Below, in pieces: positions 18,083 to 27,130 of a stretch of 31,785 bases of DNA. A program made the translations under genes and the position numbers. The stretch is from Verrucomicrobiota bacterium (GTDB lineage: Bacteria; Verrucomicrobiota; Verrucomicrobiia; Limisphaerales; SXQI01), in contig JANRLX010000109.1 in NCBI GenBank assembly GCA_033762115.1, forward strand, positions 1 to 31,785. Reading direction: 5' to 3'. Below the pieces are notes generated by a model. It ran no database searches. It was given only the letters and a program-made list of their open reading frames with translations, and was not told the DNA's origin. Each line of letters begins with the position of its first letter. Within the stretch, counting starts at the first letter, position 1.

Positions 18083-19126
18083 TTAAAAGAAGTCAGTTTC
18101 TTTCCCAAGGCGTCGTTCCATGTCCTTGATGATCGGTAAACACCGCGCCAAAGCATTTTGCTCTGTCTGGCCGGGGAACGATTTCAATTCAAGCCTCACA
18201 GCCGCAACCGTATCGCCGTTATGATCATGCAGCGGCATGGTGACAATCACATATCCCTTCTGCCTGCCAAAATAGCTGCTGCCCCGCTCAATCACATCAA
18301 GCTCCACCTTTTCGGCCAATTTTCCTGCATCCGCTGGATCGGTGGTTCCGATCACCTGGATTGGGCCGTCCTTCTCCTGGCGAGCATAAATCCGCACCTT
18401 CAAAACGCGTGAATATTTTTCCTGCGTTTCACGGATCAACGCCTGGGCGAGAGATTCACGCGGTTTGTAACTGATCCGCGTTTCGGCAAAATAACTGACT
18501 GAGTCCGACTTTGTCCAAAAGGCAATTTTCCCGGATGTAAAAGAGTTATCGGTCAAAGTGGGAATGACTTCCTTGCCATTCAACCAGCAACTGATTTTGT
18601 TGCCCATGCATTGGATTTTAAGCTCATGCCATTTCCCCGAGGGAATTTCGATTTCAGGACCGATAGGGGCACTGCGCTGCCCTTGCACCACTTTGAAAAA
18701 GCGGAACGTATTTCCCGTGGAGCTTGCGCGAACATAATAATAATTCCGCTCATCCTGATAACGGAACGCAATGCCCGCCATCCGGTCCAGGACTCCCGAA
18801 ACTGTTTTAAACCGGGTTGTGAGGGTGAAATCCCCGAAAACCTCATTATCATAAACCAGCATCGGATAATGTTCATCGAGCGGGTTTCGGGAAAGCTGAG
18901 CCAGAACCGGTTTCCTCGAAATCGAGGCACTTCCGGTCAGGGATGGGAGCAGGGACGGAACTTCATCCATGATGACCCGCCATTCCCCTGGTTTTCCTTC
19001 TCCAGCCACAGTGCTGATGAAGCCAGAGGGAGTTTCGTTTTCCGGTGTTTTTGAGAAATCAAAAGTAAGCTCTGCAGCCGAAGCTGTGAAAATCAAAGCA
19101 AAAACCAAGGGAAACCAACGTAACAT
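18083..19126 (-). CDS. Secreted DUF1080 (3-keto-disaccharide hydrolase/lectin-like) protein with C-terminal Cache/PDC-like domain
   Basis: Signal peptide, then DFTLTTRFK, AGIAFRYQDERNYY, WHELKIQC.GN.I and FTSGKIAFWTKSDS. The C-terminal part contains VTMPLHDHNGDTVAAVRL. Confidence 0.7.
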   Translation of the reverse strand: MLRWFPLVFALIFTASAAELTFDFSKTPENETPSGFISTVAGEGKPGEWRVIMDEVPSLLPSLTGSASISRKPVLAQLSRNPLDEHYPMLVYDNEVFGDFTLTTRFKTVSGVLDRMAGIAFRYQDERNYYYVRASSTGNTFRFFKVVQGQRSAPIGPEIEIPSGKWHELKIQCMGNKISCWLNGKEVIPTLTDNSFTSGKIAFWTKSDSVSYFAETRISYKPRESLAQALIRETQEKYSRVLKVRIYARQEKDGPIQVIGTTDPADAGKLAEKVELDVIERGSSYFGRQKGYVIVTMPLHDHNGDTVAAVRLELKSFPGQTEQNALARCLPIIKDMERRLGKETDFF

Positions 19127-19157
19127 GATGGGACATAGTACATGGCAAAGATTCGAG

Positions 19158-19188
19158 AAAAAGAAAAAAGGCGGCCTGAGAGGCCGCC
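19158..19188 (-). terminator. Rho-independent terminator
   Basis: Minus strand GGCGGCCT-CTC-AGGCCGCC is an 8-bp perfect stem followed by a U-rich tract, just downstream of the 19211 stop. Confidence 0.85.
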
Positions 19189-19210
19189 CGGTTCCTGTTC
19201 AGATCACTCG

Positions 19211-19633
19211 TTATTGGCTGCTCTGACCGGAACTGCCAGTCTGGTCGCTTTGGCCGCTCTGGCTTGAACCAGAACTGCCGCTGCTTTGATTCGATTGGCC
19301 ACCCAACCCTGATGTTCCGCTTTGCGAGCCGGGTTCCTGAGTACCGGAAGCTCCGCCTGCAGGACTATTCGTGTCAAAAGCGCTGCCGCTCTGAGAGCCA
19401 GCACCTGTTCCGGATGCGCTACCCACCTGGTTGGTGTTGGTTGCGCTCAAGCTGCCATAACCGCTGGACTGCGAACTGGAGCTGACGTCAGAACTGGATG
19501 TTTGAGAGCTGGTATCAGTTGAACTGACCCCGCTGGATGATCCCGTTTCTGAATTCCCTGCCCCGCCAGTTCCGCTCTGGCCGCATCCGACCAGTAAAAC
19601 TGAGGTTGCAACCGCGATGCACAATTTCTTCAT
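19211..19633 (-). CDS. Low-complexity Ser/Gly/Gln/Thr-rich lipoprotein
   Basis: MKK leader, lipobox LVGC, strong SD (AGAGGAGGT) and its own terminator. The mature part is almost devoid of hydrophobic residues. Confidence 0.8.
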   Translation of the reverse strand: MKKLCIAVATSVLLVGCGQSGTGGAGNSETGSSSGVSSTDTSSQTSSSDVSSSSQSSGYGSLSATNTNQVGSASGTGAGSQSGSAFDTNSPAGGASGTQEPGSQSGTSGLGGQSNQSSGSSGSSQSGQSDQTGSSGQSSQ

Positions 19634-19833
19634 TTTAATAACCTCCTCTTAAAGCTCTATCTGAGCCATGGTTGGAACTTGCATCACTCCATTGCAGAAC
19701 TCCATTCAGGGATTCACTGAAAACAAAGGCAAACTCCCACTGACTGATTCGAAACAAGGCGATTCATCATTTTTCTTTGAAGCAGATGCCGTGAAACCTT
19801 ACCGTTGGATTTTCTGATGAAAGATTTTAACTC

Positions 19834-21177
19834 ATGAGTGTTCGGGTTCGATTCGCTCCAAGTCCGACCGGCTACCTCCATATCGGAGGAGCGCGCACCG
19901 CATTGTTCAATTGGCTCTACGCAAAGCATACCAAAGGCACATTCGTCCTGAGAATCGAGGATACCGACAATGCCCGCAATTCACAGGAAGCCGTGGAGGT
20001 CATTCTCCAGGGATTACGCTGGCTCGGTCTCGAATGGGACGAAGGACCCACAAGCGGTGACGCGAAGCAACCCTCAAAAGGAGAGTTCGGCCCCTACTTC
20101 CAATCCCAACGCCATCATCTCTATCACAAGCGGGTGCAGGAGTTGAAAGAGAAGGGCTTCGCCTACGACCATGAAGGGGCCGTAAAATTCCGCATGGAAC
20201 GGAACCCGATTACCATTCCTGATCTTGTGGTGGGGAACGTCCATCGCGAACTGACGGATCGCGAAAAGCTGGACCCGGACTTTGTCATCGTCCGCTCGGA
20301 CGGTCAGCCCGTGTTCCACCTCGTCAATGTCATCGATGACCTGGAAATGAAGATCACCCACGTCATCCGTGGTGAAGATCATTTGGCCAACACGGCAAAG
20401 CACCTCGCTCTCTTTCGCGCTTTCGGAGTGGAACCGCCGCACTATGCCCACATTCCGTTGATCCTGAATATTGACGGAAGCAAAATGAGCAAGCGCGACA
20501 CCGGGGCCTCTCTATCCAATTATATCGAGGAGGGATACGCCCCTGAAGCAGTGGTCAATTACCTTTACCTTCTTGGCTGGTCACCCAAGGAAAACAGGGA
20601 AGTAATGCCACTTCAGGAAGTGGTCCAGATGTTCGACCTGCCACAAATCCTGCGGCATAATGCCCGGTTCGATTTGAACAAGCTTCATTGGATCAATGGC
20701 GAATATATTAAATTAATGTCGCTGGAGCGTTTTACAGAATTTGCGGTCAAGGCCCTTCAACGAGTGGGCCTCAACCCGGAAACCTATCCTGTTGAATACA
20801 CACGGGCAGCCATGGCGACGATCAAGGAAAAGATCAAGCAGTTCACCGAAACCCCCACCTTTGGCGCCTTTTATTTTCAGGAGCAGGTGGATTTGGAAAA
20901 TCCAGCTATTCGTCCTGAATTTTCAAACGAAGCCATCGAACGCCTGCGCCACGTCAGGGAGGCTTATGCTGCTCTGGACTCATTTACAATCGAGACCACC
21001 CAGGCAGCCTTGAAATCCGTTGCCACCGCCCTGGGTGTCAAAATCGGGTTGCTCGTTCACCCCTTGCGATTGGCCTGTACCGGAAGCGAAGTCGGTCCGG
21101 GATTATACCAATTCCTTGAAGTTCTGGGAAAAAAGCGAGTGCTGGCACGTTTGGACCGGGCGATTGCTCTGAAATAA
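19834..21177 (+). CDS. gltX: Glutamate--tRNA ligase
   Basis: RFAPSPTGYLHIGG, LRIEDTD, THVIRGEDH and KMSKR, plus the C-terminal anticodon-binding domain (PLRLACTG...GPGL). Confidence 0.95.
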   Translation: MSVRVRFAPSPTGYLHIGGARTALFNWLYAKHTKGTFVLRIEDTDNARNSQEAVEVILQGLRWLGLEWDEGPTSGDAKQPSKGEFGPYFQSQRHHLYHKRVQELKEKGFAYDHEGAVKFRMERNPITIPDLVVGNVHRELTDREKLDPDFVIVRSDGQPVFHLVNVIDDLEMKITHVIRGEDHLANTAKHLALFRAFGVEPPHYAHIPLILNIDGSKMSKRDTGASLSNYIEEGYAPEAVVNYLYLLGWSPKENREVMPLQEVVQMFDLPQILRHNARFDLNKLHWINGEYIKLMSLERFTEFAVKALQRVGLNPETYPVEYTRAAMATIKEKIKQFTETPTFGAFYFQEQVDLENPAIRPEFSNEAIERLRHVREAYAALDSFTIETTQAALKSVATALGVKIGLLVHPLRLACTGSEVGPGLYQFLEVLGKKRVLARLDRAIALK

Positions 21178-21243
21178 ATTGAAAGCAAACCCCGCGATCT
21201 CCTTTTCCTTCACTCTTTTGCCAACCCTGTTTACTATTCCCGG

Positions 21244-23382
21244 ATGAAATATGCTCTGCGATCTTTGGCCGTCGGAGTTTTCCTGATCATGATTGGCTGC
21301 GCCACCACTTCTCATTTGCAATACCCTCTCGCCCACAAAGGCCCGGTCGTTGAAGAATACCACGGGACCAAAGTAGCTGACCCTTATCGGTGGTTGGAAA
21401 ATCCCGATTCCCCCGAATCGCGTGCCTGGATCGAAGCACAAAACAAAGTCACTTTCGGGTTTCTCAATCAGATAGAGGAACGTAGTGCGATCAGGAAACG
21501 GATCACTGAACTCTGGAATTTTGAGCGTTACGGCATTCCTTTCCGCGAAGGAGGCAGATATTTCATCAGCCGCAACGACGGCCTCCAAAATCAAAGCGTT
21601 CTCTATTCCCTGGAAAGTCTGGACGCGACACCTCAGGTGCTCCTGGACCCAAATAAACTAAGCCAGGAAGGCACCATCGCACTGAAAGGATATGACATCA
21701 GTGAAGATGGAAAATTGATGGCATACGGACTCTCGGAATCAGGATCCGATTGGGAAACATGGAAAATTCGAAATGTCGCCACTGCTGACGATACCGGTGA
21801 TGAATTGAAATGGGTCAAGTTTTCAATTGTTTCCTGGACCCGCGATGGCAAGGGGGTGTTCTACAGCCGTTACGACGAGCCGAAGGATGGCAGCAAACTC
21901 CAATCAGTTAATTACTTTCAGAAATTATATTACCACAGGATTGGAACACCCCAGTCAGAAGACATCCTCGTTTATCATCGGCCTGACCAGAAAGAGTGGG
22001 GTTTCCGCGGCTTCGTCACCGAAGATGGGCAATACCTGGTAATCGTTGTGAGCCAGGGAACGGACACAAGAAACCGGCTCTTCTACAAGAAACTTGGTGA
22101 TGGTGCAAACCTGGCTGACGGAAAAGTTGTTGAGCTGATTCCTGACCTGGAGGCCTCTTATGAATATTTTGGCAATGATGGAAAAATGTTCTTTATCCAA
22201 ACAGATGCCGGCGCTCCGCGAGGAAAAATCATTGGGATCAATCTCGATCAGCCGGCTAAAAGTAATTGGACCGTTCTGGTGCCTGAAAGCGAGGAGACGC
22301 TAAGTTCGGTTTCCTATGTCAACCGTCAGTTCGTGGCGAGTTACATGAAAGATGCCCATTCGCGGGTGCGGATTTATCATCCGGATGGCAAACTCGACCG
22401 GGAATTATTATTGCCTGGAATCGGCACCGCAACCGGCTTTGGAGGGGAGCCGGATGATACCGAAACTTTCTATGCCTTCACCAGCTTTACCGCGCCGGCA
22501 ACCATTTACCGCTACGATTTCAAGACAGGCCAGAGCACAGTTTTCCGTCAACCGAAACTCCTCTTTGATCCATCCCAATACCAGACTACCCAGGTGTTTT
22601 ATAACAGTAAGGATGGAACAAGGGTCCCGATGTTTATCAGCCACAGGAAAGGATTAAAACAGAACGGTTCAAACCCAACGCTGCTCTACGGGTACGGCGG
22701 ATTTAACATCTCACTGACACCCTCCTTTTCCCCTTCAGTTTTGGCCTGGATGGAAATGGGTGGTATCTATGCGCAACCGAGTCTTCGTGGCGGCGGCGAA
22801 TATGGAGAACAATGGCACAAGGCTGGAACCAAATTGCAGAAGCAAAATGTGTTCGATGATTTCATTGCCGCGGCTGAATACCTGGTTAAAGAGGGATACA
22901 CCTCGTCCAAAAAACTTGCCATCGCTGGGGGAAGCAACGGCGGTCTCCTCGTTGGTGCCTGCATGACTCAGCGACCCGACCTCTTTGCCGCAGCGCTTCC
23001 CGCAGTCGGGGTGCTGGACATGCTGCGATTTCATAAATTCACAATCGGGTGGGCCTGGACCTCCGATTACGGCTCCGCTGATAATCCGGAAGAATTCAGT
23101 GCCCTCCTGAAATACAGCCCGCTGCATAACCTTAAACCGGGCACAGCCTACCCGGCCACTTTGATTACAACCGCTGACCATGACGATCGCGTTGTTCCTG
23201 CGCATAGCTTCAAGTTTGCGGCTGCATTGCAGGAAGCCCATCGCGGCCCAAATCCAGTACTGATCAGGATTGAGACCAAGGCAGGACACGGCGCTGGAAA
23301 GCCCACCGCAAAAATCATCGAGGAAGCTGCTGATCGATACGGGTTCCTCGCCGAAGTTTTGGGAGTGAAGCTCCCTTACTAG
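21244..23382 (+). CDS. Prolyl oligopeptidase (S9A), probably exported or lipid-anchored
   Basis: DPYRWLE, beta-propeller region, YGYGGF, GGSNGG nucleophile motif, DDRV and GHG catalytic residues. N-terminal signal with MIGC. Confidence 0.96.
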   Translation: MKYALRSLAVGVFLIMIGCATTSHLQYPLAHKGPVVEEYHGTKVADPYRWLENPDSPESRAWIEAQNKVTFGFLNQIEERSAIRKRITELWNFERYGIPFREGGRYFISRNDGLQNQSVLYSLESLDATPQVLLDPNKLSQEGTIALKGYDISEDGKLMAYGLSESGSDWETWKIRNVATADDTGDELKWVKFSIVSWTRDGKGVFYSRYDEPKDGSKLQSVNYFQKLYYHRIGTPQSEDILVYHRPDQKEWGFRGFVTEDGQYLVIVVSQGTDTRNRLFYKKLGDGANLADGKVVELIPDLEASYEYFGNDGKMFFIQTDAGAPRGKIIGINLDQPAKSNWTVLVPESEETLSSVSYVNRQFVASYMKDAHSRVRIYHPDGKLDRELLLPGIGTATGFGGEPDDTETFYAFTSFTAPATIYRYDFKTGQSTVFRQPKLLFDPSQYQTTQVFYNSKDGTRVPMFISHRKGLKQNGSNPTLLYGYGGFNISLTPSFSPSVLAWMEMGGIYAQPSLRGGGEYGEQWHKAGTKLQKQNVFDDFIAAAEYLVKEGYTSSKKLAIAGGSNGGLLVGACMTQRPDLFAAALPAVGVLDMLRFHKFTIGWAWTSDYGSADNPEEFSALLKYSPLHNLKPGTAYPATLITTADHDDRVVPAHSFKFAAALQEAHRGPNPVLIRIETKAGHGAGKPTAKIIEEAADRYGFLAEVLGVKLPY

Positions 23383-23385
23383 CTT

Positions 23386-24096
23386 GTGAGCATCGCTGAG
23401 AACCTTTCCAGCATTGAAGCGCGGATCACTGAAGCCTGCCGAAAATCAGGGCGCCACAGGGAATCCGTGAGGCTCATGGCGGTGAGCAAAGGGCAGCCGT
23501 TTTCCGCTATCACTGAGGCAGCTGCCCTCGGCTTGACACTTTTTGGAGAAAGTAAAATCCAGGAAGCGAAACTCAAGATCTCCGAAGCCCCCGCACGCTG
23601 GCACTGGCACATGATCGGCCATCTGCAATCCAATAAATGTCGCGACGCCGTCCATTTCTTCCGAATGATTCACAGCGTCGATTCCCTGTCCCTGGCAAAG
23701 GAACTGCAAAAATGCGCTGAAAAATCAGGCAAGACCGTTCAGATACTGATCGAGGTTAACATTGCAGGCGAATCGACCAAGTTTGGCTACAAGCCTGCGC
23801 AGTTGCTGACCGAGTTGAAGGAACTCAACGGGCTGAATCGACTGGAATTGCATGGATTGATGACCATCGCGCCTTACACGCAGGATGCGGAAAAGGTGCG
23901 TCCATTTTTCCGGCAACTCAAGCACCTCAAGGCCCAATGTGAGCAGGAGTTGGGTGCGCCTTTGCCTGAATTAAGCATGGGAATGAGTGGCGATTTCGAA
24001 ATTGCAATCGAAGAGGGAGCAACAATCGTCCGGCTCGGCACTTCATTGTTCGGCGCCCGTCCTCCCGTTCGATTACGCCAGGGTTCTGGTGAATGA
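23386..24096 (+). CDS. yggS: PLP homeostasis protein (YggS/PROSC family)
   Basis: AVSK, FGES..QE, WHMIGHLQSNK, GLMTI and LSMGMSGDFEIAIEEGATIVRLGT. GTG start 3 nt after the POP stop. Confidence 0.95.
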   Translation: MSIAENLSSIEARITEACRKSGRHRESVRLMAVSKGQPFSAITEAAALGLTLFGESKIQEAKLKISEAPARWHWHMIGHLQSNKCRDAVHFFRMIHSVDSLSLAKELQKCAEKSGKTVQILIEVNIAGESTKFGYKPAQLLTELKELNGLNRLELHGLMTIAPYTQDAEKVRPFFRQLKHLKAQCEQELGAPLPELSMGMSGDFEIAIEEGATIVRLGTSLFGARPPVRLRQGSGE

Positions 24097-24156
24097 GGAA
24101 TTCCATGCCTGCTCTTAAACATTGAGTCGATTTCCAAACCGATTTACTGTTTTCAA

Positions 24157-25395
24157 ATGGCAGATGCCACCGGAACAAGCCCGATAGTTGATCCCGCAAA
24201 ACCTCTTCCCCGGCCACGGCTGACTTCTCTGGATGCATTGCGAGGTTTCGACATGTTCTGGATTATCGGCGGAGAAGCAATCATTCACGCGCTCAATTCA
24301 TTTGGCTCATTTGGAATCTTTGCGCCACTCGCCCATCAATTGAACCATAAGGATTGGGCGGGATTTGCATTCTATGACCTGATCTTTCCACTGTTCGTTT
24401 TCATCACCGGAACCTCCCTCGTCTTTTCTCTCGGGCGAACCATTCGTGAGCAAGGACGGCAAGCTGCACTGAAGCGGCTTTGCTGGCGCGCATTTCTTCT
24501 CTACCTCATCGGGATATTTTATTATGGCGGTTTTGCCAATGAATGGCCGCAGATGCGATTGGTGGGAGTGCTCCAGCGCATCGCGGTGGCTTATTTCTTT
24601 GCTGGTCTCATCTTCTGCTTTTTCGATTGGAAAGGGATCATGGCAACAATTGCAGCAATTTTGCTTGGTTACTGGGCCTTGATGGCCCTGGTGCCGGTCC
24701 GTGATATTCAGCTCACCCGCGAAAACGTTCAAAAACTCAGTCAGGCGAGTGGAACAACCAATGTTTATGAGTTGTACTATCAAACCGAAAAGCAACGCAC
24801 CGGCGTGTTTGAACCAGGTCTAAATGTCGCGGATCATTTTGATTTCCGTCACCTGCCCGGCAGGAAGCATGATGGCCACTATGATCCGGAAGGAATATTG
24901 AGCACAATCCCTGCGGTGGCGACCTGTCTCATCGGTGTGCTCGCCGGGCTGCTTTTAATCTCTTCCCGAACAGATCGACAAAAGGTTGCCTGGCTGGTTT
25001 ATGCAGGGGTGACATTGCTGTTGGCCGGTTTTGCCTGGGCTACCGTGTTCCCGGTGATCAAGAAAATCTGGACCTCCTCCTATGTCCTGGTTGCCGGGGG
25101 ATATTCTGCGTTGCTCCTGGCCTTCTTTTACCTTGTGATCGAACTTTGGAATTACCGGGCATGGTGCAAACCTTTTGTCTGGATCGGGACCAATGCCATC
25201 ACGATCTACCTCGCGACGGAATTGATCAGTTTTCATGAAATTGCTGCCCGGTTTGCCGGAGGCAATGTCGCCCGGCTTCTTGATACTCATCTTTTAGAGG
25301 GAGCGGGACCATTCCTGATAAGTGTGGTTGAACTCAGCCTTGCGATCCTCTTTTGTCGTTTTCTTTATCGGCGACAAATCTTCATTCGCCTGTAG
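24157..25395 (+). CDS. Membrane acyltransferase, HGSNAT/NagX (DUF5009/DUF1624)-like
   Basis: RLTSLDALRGFDM, YDLIFPLFVF, GVLQRIA, DPEGILSTIPA, PVIKKIWTSSY and IGTNAITIY. Confidence 0.88.
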   Translation: MADATGTSPIVDPAKPLPRPRLTSLDALRGFDMFWIIGGEAIIHALNSFGSFGIFAPLAHQLNHKDWAGFAFYDLIFPLFVFITGTSLVFSLGRTIREQGRQAALKRLCWRAFLLYLIGIFYYGGFANEWPQMRLVGVLQRIAVAYFFAGLIFCFFDWKGIMATIAAILLGYWALMALVPVRDIQLTRENVQKLSQASGTTNVYELYYQTEKQRTGVFEPGLNVADHFDFRHLPGRKHDGHYDPEGILSTIPAVATCLIGVLAGLLLISSRTDRQKVAWLVYAGVTLLLAGFAWATVFPVIKKIWTSSYVLVAGGYSALLLAFFYLVIELWNYRAWCKPFVWIGTNAITIYLATELISFHEIAARFAGGNVARLLDTHLLEGAGPFLISVVELSLAILFCRFLYRRQIFIRL

Positions 25396-25508
25396 CTCTC
25401 TTTTTTTAAAACTGTCCCCCTATTTGGGAATTTCCCCGAGTTGATTCTCTTCTCTTCACACCGATTGTGCAGTTGTATCTAGAGCAATTTTTTTAACGAA
25501 GGAAGTTT

Positions 25509-26594
25509 ATGAAAGATGATCGTTCACAAAAGGGAAGAGATGCCAACAGGGACCCAATCACGAGCGAACCGGGATCACATCCAGTTGGGACAGGGATCGG
25601 CGCTGCTGCCGGTGGCGCTGCTGGGGCGGCTGCGGGTGCTGCGGCCGGAGCAGCAGTGGGTACGGCAGGGGCGGGCCCGATCGGCACGGGCATTGGTGCT
25701 GTGGCCGGGGCAGTGATTGGAGGTATGGCGGGTCACGGAGCTGCCGAGGGACTGAATCCTACCAATTCTCCGGATGAAGGCCGTTACATTGATTATACTG
25801 TGGTTGATCGAAATGAAGCCAAAATTGGAACGGTGGAATCTGTCTGGCTTGATCATAATTCAGACCCTGCCTATTTGTCGGTGCGGACTGGCTGGTTGGG
25901 AATGGGGCGCACCTATGTTGTGCCAGCTCAAAACGCAGATGTGCGCCAACGCAGTCGTCGCATCCGCCTTCCTTACACCCTCGATCAAATCAAAGGGGCG
26001 CCTGAATTTGATGCCAACGCACACCTTCAAACCAGTGATGAAGAAAGAATCGGTTCCTACTATTCAGGTTTTGGCTTCCGCCGTGACAATTGGGCCAATG
26101 ATCAGCAAACCAATACTTCGCCCCGAAATGATCGATTTGACCGAACACGCACCCTTGAAGGAAGGGACGAGGCCCGGGTCCAATTAAAAGAGGAACAGGT
26201 CACAGTAGGCAAACGGGAAGTCGAGTACGGAGGAGTGCGTTTGCGCAAGGTGGTTCGCACCGAGACCGTCAATCAACCGGTGGAATTAAAGCGTGAGGAA
26301 ATCGTGGTTGAGCGTGTTCCTGCGACAGACGCCACCGCGAATGATCTCGATTTCACCGAGGAGGAGATTTATGTGCCGCTTCGTCGCGAAGAAGCGGTTG
26401 TCGCCAAGGAGGCGCGGGTGACTGAAGAGGTCAGGCTTGGCAAGCGTGAAGAGCGTGAGCAGCAAACTGTTTCTGAAACCGTTCGCAAGGAGGATGTGGA
26501 AATCCAGGAGCAGGGGACTGAATCGCGCATGAAAGGCAGCGCTGAAACCGGACGTCCCAAGCCGTACCAGGCAAGAGAACGCAGCCGTTCCTGA
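25509..26594 (+). CDS. PRC-barrel plus DUF2382 (YsnF/AvaK) stress protein with N-terminal glycine zipper
   Basis: NRDPIT.EPG.HPVGTG plus Gly/Ala zipper. VVDRNEAKIGTV...YLSVRTGWLG (PRC barrel). EEQVTVGKREV..G.VRLRKVV.TE...REEIVVER...VRKEDV (DUF2382). Confidence 0.85.
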   Translation: MKDDRSQKGRDANRDPITSEPGSHPVGTGIGAAAGGAAGAAAGAAAGAAVGTAGAGPIGTGIGAVAGAVIGGMAGHGAAEGLNPTNSPDEGRYIDYTVVDRNEAKIGTVESVWLDHNSDPAYLSVRTGWLGMGRTYVVPAQNADVRQRSRRIRLPYTLDQIKGAPEFDANAHLQTSDEERIGSYYSGFGFRRDNWANDQQTNTSPRNDRFDRTRTLEGRDEARVQLKEEQVTVGKREVEYGGVRLRKVVRTETVNQPVELKREEIVVERVPATDATANDLDFTEEEIYVPLRREEAVVAKEARVTEEVRLGKREEREQQTVSETVRKEDVEIQEQGTESRMKGSAETGRPKPYQARERSRS

Positions 26595-26604
26595 CCATTC
26601 AAAC

Positions 26605-26633
26605 GAATGCGGCAGGATCTCCTTGCCGCATTC
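26605..26633 (+). terminator. Stem-loop after the PRC/DUF2382 gene (possible terminator or mRNA stabiliser)
   Basis: GAATGCGGCA...TGCCGCATTC is a 10-bp perfect inverted repeat 10 nt after the stop. There is no clear U-tract. Confidence 0.55.
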
Positions 26634-26672
26634 AGGACTTGGCCGCAATTTTAAAGCGGTTATGCTGACGGA

Positions 26673-27125
26673 GTGACGTGGCTCCGGATTTTATTTTTAC
26701 CACTTCTGCTGGCTCAATCACTGCTGGCTGCCGAGGCAGAGGGCAGGATCATCAAGGTGTTGCCACACTTTCTAGATCAGGAGGGGCGACATACCTTGCA
26801 TCCCAGTTTGTATGAACGGGACGCTTACCAGGCTTTTTTGCGAAGCCGCCCGGAAGATGTTTCCGCCTTGCGTTACGATATTCAATGGAAAGCTGGAGGC
26901 AGCGAAAATCTGATTTTGAAGCTCGAGTATCGCGGTAGTAAAATGGAGCCGGGAGAAACGAAATCGATTTCACGTCCGGTTAAAAAAAGGTGGTTTGGTT
27001 CCTCCTGGTCAGCGATTCAGTTGAACAAGGCGGAGTATGATCAGGCAGGGGCAATCATTGCCTGGCGTGTTTCCATCTGGAAGGGGACACAGCTTCTCGC
27101 GGATCAAAAATCGTTTCTTTGGTAA
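26673..27125 (+). CDS. Hypothetical secreted protein
   Basis: GTG start, signal peptide (LLAQSLLAA) and a beta-rich domain ending AWRVSIW....L.DQKSFLW. Confidence 0.7.
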   Translation: MTWLRILFLPLLLAQSLLAAEAEGRIIKVLPHFLDQEGRHTLHPSLYERDAYQAFLRSRPEDVSALRYDIQWKAGGSENLILKLEYRGSKMEPGETKSISRPVKKRWFGSSWSAIQLNKAEYDQAGAIIAWRVSIWKGTQLLADQKSFLW

Positions 27126-27130
27126 ACGGG

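Noticed and set aside
25590..25745. GC-rich GCN/GGN repetitive tract
   Set aside because: It simply encodes the Gly/Ala zipper. It is not a CRISPR array or DNA-level repeat element.
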